A DNA stretch of 32,000 nucleotides, taken from Candidatus Electronema aureum (GTDB lineage Bacteria > Desulfobacterota > Desulfobulbia > Desulfobulbales > Desulfobulbaceae). Position 1 is the first letter of the stretch. Every line of letters begins with the position of its first letter. The notes under the pieces were generated by a model that saw only the letters and a program-made list of their open reading frames with translations, did no database searches and was not told where the DNA came from. The stretch spans positions 25,283 through 57,282 of the forward strand of contig NQJD01000014.1 in the NCBI GenBank assembly GCA_004284765.1, read 5' to 3'. A program made the translations under genes and the position numbers. Below, piece after piece: positions 1 through 7,564 of this stretch.

Positions 1-599
1 GCCAGCACCGGCACATTCAGTGCTTTGGCCATCGCCTTGAGCGAGCGCGAGATTTCGCTGATCTCCTGATTGCGGTTTTCACAGCCGGAGGAACGGCTCT
101 GCATGAGCTGAAGATAATCAACCACCAGCAAGCCCAGATCGTGCTCCTCTTTCAACATTCTGGCCTTAGCTTGCATTTCCAGTACGCTGATGCTTGCTGT
201 GTCATCAATAAAAAGCGGTGATTCAGTGAGCATCCCGGTGGCTCTGGTCAGCTTGGGCCAGTCCGATTCCATAAGATGGCCTGTGCAGATGCGATGAGAA
301 TCCACCTTGCCAATAGCGCAGATCATACGCAAGGCAAGCTGCTCTGCCGACATCCCTAGACTGAACACGGCGGTAGGCACTTTGCCGTCCACAGTGGCGT
401 GCTGGACGATGTTCATTGCCAAGGCGGTCTTTCCTAAGCCCGGCCTTGCTGCGATAATGATCAGATTGGAAGATTGCAGCCCGGCAGTCATCCGGTCCAA
501 TTCATGATAACCAGTGGCCACGCCAGTGCGGTCAAAGGCTCTGAGCAGGATATTGGCCATCGGCTCAAAGCCCTGCTTATTGGTCTGTTCTTTTTTCAT
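1..599 (-). CDS. DnaB-family helicase paralog carrying only the linker and RecA-like C-terminal domain. It is partial: the 3' end runs off the left edge of the window.
   Basis: Hand translation from ATG 599..597 gives [100 protein letters not shown]...[40 protein letters not shown]. The frame stays open to position 1. It has a Walker A motif (GLGKT) and is colinear with residues ~171 onward of the adjacent DnaB. It is absent from the ORF track because it is truncated by the window edge. Confidence 0.8.
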   Translation of the reverse strand, partial: [199 protein letters not shown]

Positions 600-605
600 G
601 ATGCT

Positions 606-3272
606 TCAGCCGAATGAATCCCCGTGCGGCGGCTCCCGGTCAGTGTAGTTCTCGAATGAGGTGTATTCGCCGACAAAAGTCAGCTTCACCGTTCCTGTCG
701 GGCCGTTGCGCTGCTTACCAACAATCACCTCGGCTATACCACGATTGGGGTTTTCTGGTGCTTTGTTATAAACCTCATCCCTGTAAATAAACATAATAAC
801 ATCAGCATCTTGCTCTATTGCGCCCGAATTATGACTGACAATACCGTCCGCTAACCAGCAAGCATTACCCGGTACGGTCAGATCAAAAACCTCTTCTTCG
901 CCCGCAGGTTCAATCGCAACGATCTTGTCCCAAAACAGATCATCTTGCGTCAGACTGAACAGCCATTCGTCATCCAAGTGTTTAGCATAACTCAAGACGC
1001 TTTCCCGCGATGGAGCAAATTTGAAACTTGCTGTCCCGTTGTACGATCTGCCTCGCAATTCCGCCATCTGACGGGATGTTATGCCCTTCAAGCGCATCTG
1101 CTCACGAATATAGACAAAAATTTCCTCCGGCAGCGTATCAACGTTGGTATTGCTGACCGTGTGTTCAATCATGGCCGCAGCCTGTTCAGCAGGCTCTTTG
1201 CGCGGCCCGAATGCGCCGATCTCCCGAAGGAAAATACGCTGCTGTTCCGCCCCAGAAACATCAGCAGTGAACCAACCTTGCGGACTTTCAGTCGTGGTGA
1301 CATGCTTGATGCGTGCGACAATGCCGAAACGCAGAAGCAGGGCGGCAACATCGCGGATCAGCAGTTCACTGGCAGTGCAGAAGTAGATGCGTGGCTTGTC
1401 CTTGCCAGCATGAATGCTGCCATCCGTCGCCCAGAGATGGCGAAGAAACAAGGTCAATTGTTTCTTAGGCAGCCGGAACACGCCCACAGGCAAATATTTC
1501 TCATGCGAACGCTGGCCGAAGATACCCAAATCCTTGAGCCATTTACCGACCCCCGCCGGATGCCAGCGGTTGCCGTTGCCGCTGATAACCAACTGATGCC
1601 AGTTTCCTCGTCCGGGCTGACGATTGACAGTGGAGCCGAACGCTTGTGCTGCTTCCGTGACCGCTTGGCTGTTCTCCTCGCTGGCTGTGGTATAGCGCAG
1701 CGGTTGTTTTGTAACATAGCTGCCATCACCAACCAAATGCGCCAGCAGGATAATTTCATGTTCAGGCCATGCAACCGTCTGCGGTGGTTCTGGTAGGTGG
1801 CGGGCAAGAGCGATGCGGTCGCCAATCTGAAGATCACAGGCATGTTTCCAGTCTGTCAATGAACGTAAGCGATGCTCTTTGGAACAACACAGGGTGCGTC
1901 CGCTGGCCAGCTGAATCCGCAAAATTTCCTTTTGACCGACAGACCAGACTAATTCAGCAGCGGCGCATTCTATCCTTCCGTCCTCCGTCATTGAAACGAC
2001 AGAGGGTCTTTGCCCGACCAAATCGCGAACAGGAATCCGACTGCCGTCGGCCAGCATGACCAAGGTGTCGCCGGTCACGCATTCACGCAAATCCGACATC
2101 ATGGGTCGCTTGTCGGTGCGGCTCTCTAAGCTGCGGTTGAGCTGAGACAAAGCCACTACCGGCACGTCTAACTCTTTCGCCATTGCCTTAAGCGAGCGAG
2201 ATATCTCACTGATTTCCTGATTCCGATTCTCAGAGCCGGAACGCCCCTGCATCAGCTGAAGATAATCCACCACTACCAACCCTAAATCATGCTCTGATTT
2301 CAGCCGCCGAGCTTTGGCCCGCATCTCCAAAACAGTCAAACCAGCAGTATCATCAATGTAGATCGGCGCGTCTGTAAGCATCCCCGTGGCCCTGATGAGC
2401 TTAGGCCAATCCGACTCTATCAAGCGGCCTGTGCGAACGCGTTGCGCATCCACCTTACCTACAGCGCAGAGCATTCTCAGAGTCAGTTGTTCGGAGGACA
2501 TTTCCAAGCTGAACACGGCGGACGGTATCTTATTGATTACCGAGGCTGTCTGCACAATGTTCATGGCCATCGCGGTCTTACCCATCGACGGTCGTGCCGC
2601 GAGAATGACCAAATCTGAAGGCTGTAGCCCAGCGGTCATCCGATCTAATTCCTCGTAACCAGTGGCCACGCCGGTAATATGCTCTTTGCGCTGAGAAAGG
2701 CGCGTCACCCGATCAAAAGCCTTAGGAACGATTCGAGCCATCGACTCGAACCCCTGCTTCTTACGGGCTTGAGCAATTTCAAAAATCGACTGCTCGGCTT
2801 TGTCAACCAGTGCGTCAATGTTATCTTGGGCATCGTAGCAACGGGCTGCTACTTCAACGCTGGTTTGAATCAGTTTGCGCAGAACAGATTTTTGCCGGAT
2901 GATATGGGCATGATGAACCAGCGTTCCAACAAAGGGAATTACTTCGGTAAGCTGGGAGATGTAGGCATATCCTCCTGCCTTCTCTAACCGATTCTGATCA
3001 CGGAGCAGATTGGAGACGGTAATCAGGTCGTGAGGCTGTCCTTTTTCAAACAGGGAAAGCATAGCCCCAAAAACGATCCGATGACCTTCTCGGTAGAAAT
3101 CATCAGGCGCAAGCAGCTCAACAACTTTGAGCAGAGCTTGTTCCTGAATCATAATGGTACCGAGCAAAGCCTGCTCGGCTTCCACGTTCTGAGGCGGCAG
3201 ACGGCCTGCTGCCGACTGTTCATGCCCGCTGCGGACGAAGGGAACGGAATAGTCAGACAACTGAGACATCAC
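606..3272 (-). CDS. dnaB: Replicative DNA helicase DnaB, interrupted by an intein. The precursor is 888 aa and the spliced product is predicted at 470 aa.
   Basis: The N-terminus has [13 protein letters not shown]. Other DnaB motifs are Walker A [37 protein letters not shown] and a C-terminal [20 protein letters not shown]. The position after rplI is the classic gene order. Confidence 0.95.
   Translation of the reverse strand: [888 protein letters not shown]
828..2081 (-). mobile_element. Full-size intein (418 aa, precursor residues 398-815) with a LAGLIDADG-type homing endonuclease domain.
   Basis: The N-junction is [17 protein letters not shown], with Cys1 encoded at 2081..2079. The C-junction is [16 protein letters not shown], with the Asn codon at 830..828 and Ser at +1. 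Two LAGLIDADG-like motifs are present: [11 protein letters not shown] and [12 protein letters not shown]. Removing the element restores the contiguous DnaB motif [13 protein letters not shown]. Confidence 0.9.
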
Positions 3273-3302
3273 CCCGGGGCGACAGCTTTTGCCTGCCGTC
3301 TG

Positions 3303-3343
3303 GAAAAAAGCTGCGGCTGCTGCTTAACGCGCAGTGCCGCAGC
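3303..3343 (-). terminator. Rho-independent terminator candidate downstream of rplI.
   Basis: On the minus strand, GCTGCGGC (3343..3336) pairs with GCCGCAGC (3317..3310) as an 8-bp GC-rich stem. It is followed by TTTTTT (plus-strand A-run 3304-3309). Confidence 0.6.
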
Positions 3344-3381
3344 GTACTTGAAGGAAAAACGGGGAAAAACTGCGAACAGCC

Positions 3382-3843
3382 TTATACGGTCTCGGCTGCG
3401 ATCTCCTGCACCACCTGTACCGTAATTTCCGAGGTCATCTGATAGCCAACCTTAACTGTCACTCTGGTCTCGCTGACGCTCTTAATCGGTTCTTTGAGCA
3501 TGATTGCCTTACGGTCAAGCGTTACCCCCAGCTGCGCCAGCTGATCAGCAATATCCGCGTTGGTAACAGAACCAAAAAGGCGGCCTTCATTGCCGGTCTT
3601 GCGAGCCAGCACCACGGTCAGATTTTCTAACTGAGCAGCGAGTGCTTCGGCGTTTTTCTTCTCTTCTGCCAGACGCTTGGCAATAGCGGCCTGCTCTTTT
3701 TGGAGTCGAGCCAAGCTGGCTTTGTTGACGACCGCTGCCAAATCCTGGGGAATAAGAAAATTGCGAGCATAACCAGGCTTAACGTTGACAACTTCGCCTT
3801 CGCGGCCCAAGGTGTCGATAGTTCTCTTCAATATGATTTCCAT
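3382..3843 (-). CDS. rplI: 50S ribosomal protein L9.
   Basis: MEIILKRTIDTLGREGEVVNVKPGYARNFLIPQ is a typical L9 N-terminus. The protein is 153 aa and sits in the rpsF-rpsR-rplI-dnaB neighbourhood. Confidence 0.95.
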   Translation of the reverse strand: MEIILKRTIDTLGREGEVVNVKPGYARNFLIPQDLAAVVNKASLARLQKEQAAIAKRLAEEKKNAEALAAQLENLTVVLARKTGNEGRLFGSVTNADIADQLAQLGVTLDRKAIMLKEPIKSVSETRVTVKVGYQMTSEITVQVVQEIAAETV

Positions 3844-3871
3844 GATTGCATCCTCGTGGGTATTGACTTTC

Positions 3872-4840
3872 TCAGGAGCGGGTGGGCGGTTGTTCGTTCT
3901 GAGCCAGTTTGCGGAAGTCGGCCCAAGTGTCCGCCGCTCCTGTCACTGCCAGCAGAAGAAATCCATAACCCTGCGCCGCTACAAAAATATATAAAACAAT
4001 CCGCCAGAAAGTCGGAACATTCCAGCGGTGCAACAGGTGGGCAAAAACAGCTGCCCCCTGAAAAAAATACAGCAGTCCTATAACTACAGCCAACGAATAT
4101 CCGGTAATTTCCAGCCAGCCAGCACTGGTTATCGCCAAGATAATCGCCGCAATCAACAGCCAAACTACGGTATCCGGCAGCTGCCAACAACGGTATTCCG
4201 GCCAAGGTGCTTTATCTGGCTGAAATCTGCGGAGCAGACCGTTACCTACTACCATGTTCAGCCAAACAGTAAGCACCGCACTGCCAGCCAATAAACCGGG
4301 CAGCACTTTGGGTAAAACAACCCGCATATCCGCAGCGGCAAGTTCAAACTCTTGGAGCAGCTCAACCGACACATTCTTCATGCTAGAGCCGTAGGCTTCC
4401 ACGATCTGCGTCAGCAAATTATTTAACTGTGCCAACAGACTGGTGTAGGGATTAACTCCAGTCAGCTGGCCGTACAGCAGCCAAAATATTAACCAGCTAC
4501 TGCCAAGAACGGCCAAACCTGCTCTACCAGCCGCTGCCGGAGTAACTTCATGCTGTGCGCTACGATGCAGGCTCCATGCCAAAGGCAGCAGCGTGAAGGA
4601 AAAAATCAACAATGCAGGCTCTCCCAGCAACATAGCACCTATTCCAGCGATAAGCAGACCGTTGCGTAGCTGAAACAGAGCCTTTTCTTCGGTACGCAGA
4701 AGAAAAAAAACTGGGATACCCAGCAAGAGCTGCATCCAGCCCAGCAGCAGCGGAAAAGCTATCGGCAGGAGAAAAGACAGGGCTATCAACAGCACCTGCG
4801 CTGAGAAAAACCCTGCGCTCTCCTGCCTGCGGTGCAACAA
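3872..4840 (-). CDS. Polytopic membrane protein, DUF2232/YybS-like by position and hydrophobicity.
   Basis: The 322-aa product has many hydrophobic segments. It lies between rpsR and rplI, where YybS-like proteins sit in many bacteria. The listed start is a TTG 7 nt after the rpsR stop, so the true start is uncertain. Confidence 0.6.
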   Translation of the reverse strand: MLHRRQESAGFFSAQVLLIALSFLLPIAFPLLLGWMQLLLGIPVFFLLRTEEKALFQLRNGLLIAGIGAMLLGEPALLIFSFTLLPLAWSLHRSAQHEVTPAAAGRAGLAVLGSSWLIFWLLYGQLTGVNPYTSLLAQLNNLLTQIVEAYGSSMKNVSVELLQEFELAAADMRVVLPKVLPGLLAGSAVLTVWLNMVVGNGLLRRFQPDKAPWPEYRCWQLPDTVVWLLIAAIILAITSAGWLEITGYSLAVVIGLLYFFQGAAVFAHLLHRWNVPTFWRIVLYIFVAAQGYGFLLLAVTGAADTWADFRKLAQNEQPPTRS

Positions 4841-4847
4841 AACGAAA

Positions 4848-5093
4848 TCAGTACTGCACTGTGCCAGAATACGGCAACAGAGCCAAATGCCGAGCGCGTT
4901 TAACAGCCTCGGTCAACTGCCGCTGATGGCGAGCGCAGGTGCCGTAAATCCGCTTAGGTACGATCTTGCCGCGTTCAGTAACGAAATTCCGCAGGAATTT
5001 TACGTCTTTGTAGTCAACTTCCTGCATTTTTTCAGCGCAGAATCTACATACCTTGCGGCGGTGAAACACTTTTTTTGCTTTAGGGGCAGTCAT
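4848..5093 (-). CDS. rpsR: 30S ribosomal protein S18.
   Basis: The sequence [11 protein letters not shown]...[35 protein letters not shown] is the S18 signature. Confidence 0.95.
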   Translation of the reverse strand: MTAPKAKKVFHRRKVCRFCAEKMQEVDYKDVKFLRNFVTERGKIVPKRIYGTCARHQRQLTEAVKRARHLALLPYSGTVQY

Positions 5094-5118
5094 GATTAAA
5101 TATCTCCTGTTAAATGGC

Positions 5119-5550
5119 TCAGGCCAGCTCGTCGGCAGCGTCTTGCATATCTACCAAGCCACCCTCATCGTCGCCGTTTTCTCTGCCTGCGGCGGCTTCA
5201 GCAGCCTTTGCAGCCAGCGCGGCAATCCGCTCCTTTTCCTGCTCAATACCCGCCGCGTCAATTTCTTCGGCTAATTTGATGGTCAGGTAACGCAACAGCC
5301 GGTCGTCAATGCGGAAGATACGCTCCAATTCCTTAACGGTGGTTGCGGGCGCGGCGCAATTCATGCAAACGTAGTAGCCCTGCGATTCTTTTTTGATGTC
5401 GTAGGCCAGCTTTTTGATGCCCCAGCGGCTGATGTCGATCACTGTGCCGCCGTCGCCGGTGATAATGGCAGCAGTGCGGTCAATGATTTCAGTGAACTGC
5501 GTGTCGCCCAAGCTGGGGCGCATAATCCAAGTTATTTCGTAATGACGCAT
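5119..5550 (-). CDS. rpsF: 30S ribosomal protein S6, with an acidic C-terminal tail.
   Basis: The N-terminus is [13 protein letters not shown] and the sequence [12 protein letters not shown] follows. A GAGGAGGA ribosome-binding site precedes the ATG. Confidence 0.95.
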   Translation of the reverse strand: MRHYEITWIMRPSLGDTQFTEIIDRTAAIITGDGGTVIDISRWGIKKLAYDIKKESQGYYVCMNCAAPATTVKELERIFRIDDRLLRYLTIKLAEEIDAAGIEQEKERIAALAAKAAEAAAGRENGDDEGGLVDMQDAADELA

Positions 5551-5610
5551 GATTCCTCCTCGTGGTCATGTGGCCCTCGCTGCGTTCCTTGTGGAGAGCG
5601 AGAAGGGAGT

Positions 5611-5642
5611 GAAAAATAAAAAATGACAGCCAGATTGCTGTC
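5611..5642 (-). terminator. Intrinsic-terminator-like hairpin with a T-tract. It lies downstream of the ABC genes and inside the apparent rpsF leader.
   Basis: On the minus strand, GACAGC (5642..5637) pairs with GCTGTC (5630..5625) around a 6-nt loop. ATTTTTTATTTTT follows. Confidence 0.5.
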
Positions 5643-5656
5643 TGATGAAATTGCGA

Positions 5657-5686
5657 AATATAGCATTGCCCCGGCGGCAGTGTCAA
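5657..5686 (-). promoter_or_regulatory. Sigma70-type promoter candidate for the rpsF-rpsR-...-rplI operon.
   Basis: On the minus strand, TTGACA (5686..5681) is followed by an 18-nt spacer and TATATT (5662..5657). Confidence 0.55.
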
Positions 5687-5698
5687 CAGAAATAACCA

Positions 5699-7564
5699 TC
5701 AGCTGGCCCGATCCGCAGTGACCAGCTCGGCATACAACCCCTGCTGTTTGAGCAGCTCGTCATGGCTGCCCAGTTCGGTTAATCTGCCCTGAGAAAAGAC
5801 CGCAATCCGGTCGGCTTGACGAACAGTGGACAAACGGTGAGCAATCACCAGTAGGGTTCTGCCTGCAAAACCACTGCGCACGGCCTGCTCTAGCATTTGC
5901 TCGGCCTCGCTATCGACGGAGGACGTTGCTTCGTCGAGAATCAGAACAGCTGGGTCGCGGCAGAGGACACGGGCAAAGGCGAGCAGCTGTTTTTCACCAG
6001 CAGAAAGATCAAGGCCGCCTTCACCGATGCGGGTATCTAACCCCTGCGGCAGCCGGGCAATGAACGCATCTAAGCCAGTGCGGACCAAGAGCTGATAAAT
6101 TTCTGAACGGTTCAGGTGAGTGTCTTGCCGGATATTGGCCAGTACGGTGTCTGGTTCAATTAGCGGGTCTTGCAGCACCAAGCCGATTTTGCGGCGCAAG
6201 GTTTGCGGAGCAAATTCGCGCAAATCGTGGCCATCCAGCAGAATGCGGCCAGCGGCAGGATCATAAAATCGAACTAAGAGACTAACTAAGGTTGTTTTAC
6301 CCGCGCCGGTGGGGCCAGTGATGGCGATGGTTTCCCCGGCTTTGATGTGCAGATCAACCTCACGCAGCACAGTTTGGCTTCCTTCTCGCTCCCCGCCGTT
6401 TTCGTCCTCTTCCTGATAGGTAAAGCTGACCTGCTCAAAGCGGATATCGCCTTTAATTCGTTCACCATCTAAGGGTACGGCAGGCTCCATAATGCTGCCA
6501 GAGATATCGAGCAGCTCGAAAATCCGCTCTGCTGAAGCTAAGGCCGACTGCACCACCGAATATTTGCGGGCGATTTCCTGCATAGGCTGAAAAAAAAGGC
6601 GCATGTAGGCGAGAAAAGCGGTTAGCTCGCCCAGCGTCAGCTGCTGCCGTAGCACCTCGCCGCCGCCGTACCAAAGAACAGAGGCCGTAGCCAAGGCAGA
6701 AAGCACTTCGGTCAGCGGCATGAAAGCCCCGAAGAGTCGAATCAGATGCAGGTTGCGCTCTAAATAAACTTGGTTCAGTTCGCGAAATTTGTTCATACTG
6801 TCGGATTCTCGCGCATAAAGCTGGAGGACACTGACCGCAGAAATTTGCTCCTGAAGAAAGGCATTAACCACCGCTAACTGGCTGCGGATGGCTCGGAAAC
6901 CTTCGCGGGCGATCTTGGAAAAAAAGAGGGTGAGGGCTAAGGAGAGCGGTAGGAAAACGGTCATGAGCAAGGCTAACCGGACATTGGTCAGATAAAGCAC
7001 AGCCAAAATACAGACTAACTTGAGAATATCGTTGAATATCGTCACCATGACCAAAGTGAACATCTCGTTCATATTCTGGATGTCGTTGGTTAGCCGAGTT
7101 ACCAAGCGACCTGCCGGATGAGCGTGAAAAAAAGCCAAATCCAAAGAAAGCAGGTGGCTAAACAGGCTACTACGCAGCTTCTGCATCACGGACTGACCGA
7201 TATATTCCAGCAGCATCACTTGGGCAAAGCCTGCGGCAAAGGCAACAGCAGCAGCAAAGCCGTAGAGCAGGGAAATACGGAACACACCGTCTAATCGCGC
7301 ACCAGCATCACCCTCAACGGTCATGAAGGAGTCAATGGCCCGCTGAAGTAACTGCGGCTGTACCACAGCGGCAGCGGTGATCAGGAGGGAGAGTATCATG
7401 CCACCGATAATGCTGGTTCGATATTCCCAGCACTGAACGATAATTCGTCGCCAGAGACGAAGATCGGAGACTCGCCCGACCTTGCTCTCCTCAAAGTAGC
7501 CGAAACTGCGCACCTGCGGCCTCCTTGCCCTGCTGCCTGCGGGCGGTTTCCTGATAAAAGACAT
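5699..7564 (-). CDS. ABC exporter half-transporter (TMD-NBD fusion), subunit B of a heterodimer.
   Basis: There are six predicted TM segments followed by an NBD. The Walker A is GPTGAGKTT, the signature is non-canonical (LSAGEKQ), and the Walker B ILDEATSSVD has an intact catalytic Glu. The ATG at 7564 overlaps the upstream gene by 74 nt. A GTG at 7513 is an alternative start. Confidence 0.9.
   Translation of the reverse strand: MSFIRKPPAGSRARRPQVRSFGYFEESKVGRVSDLRLWRRIIVQCWEYRTSIIGGMILSLLITAAAVVQPQLLQRAIDSFMTVEGDAGARLDGVFRISLLYGFAAAVAFAAGFAQVMLLEYIGQSVMQKLRSSLFSHLLSLDLAFFHAHPAGRLVTRLTNDIQNMNEMFTLVMVTIFNDILKLVCILAVLYLTNVRLALLMTVFLPLSLALTLFFSKIAREGFRAIRSQLAVVNAFLQEQISAVSVLQLYARESDSMNKFRELNQVYLERNLHLIRLFGAFMPLTEVLSALATASVLWYGGGEVLRQQLTLGELTAFLAYMRLFFQPMQEIARKYSVVQSALASAERIFELLDISGSIMEPAVPLDGERIKGDIRFEQVSFTYQEEDENGGEREGSQTVLREVDLHIKAGETIAITGPTGAGKTTLVSLLVRFYDPAAGRILLDGHDLREFAPQTLRRKIGLVLQDPLIEPDTVLANIRQDTHLNRSEIYQLLVRTGLDAFIARLPQGLDTRIGEGGLDLSAGEKQLLAFARVLCRDPAVLILDEATSSVDSEAEQMLEQAVRSGFAGRTLLVIAHRLSTVRQADRIAVFSQGRLTELGSHDELLKQQGLYAELVTADRAS

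Noticed and set aside
307-507. The plus-strand ORFs at 307-507 and 2386-2658 resemble each other (..ADIPRLNTAVG.. and ..EDISKLNTADG.., both ending in SPAVIRSNS).
   Set aside because: Their similarity only mirrors the dnaB / dnaB-paralog duplication on the opposite strand. Both are antisense shadow ORFs and not a conserved small-protein family.
945-1796. A 283-aa plus-strand ORF, with several smaller ones at 1144-2059, lying inside the dnaB intein region.
   Set aside because: It is entirely antisense to a frame with clear intein and LAGLIDADG motifs. Its composition is Arg/Cys-rich and low-complexity, it has no ribosome-binding site and I recognise no motifs. It looks like a typical shadow ORF of GC-rich coding DNA.
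5489-5686. A 65-aa minus-strand ORF spanning the rpsF leader and the rpsF start.
   Set aside because: It overlaps the rpsF ribosome-binding site and start in another frame and runs through the promoter and hairpin elements. I recognise no motif in it.
7491-7564. The 74-nt overlap between the two ABC genes, considered as a possible frameshifted single gene or sequencing error.
   Set aside because: Each ORF is already a complete TMD-NBD half-transporter of normal length (~620 aa) with its own N-terminal elbow region. Overlapping starts, or a GTG start at 7513, explain the overlap without invoking an error.
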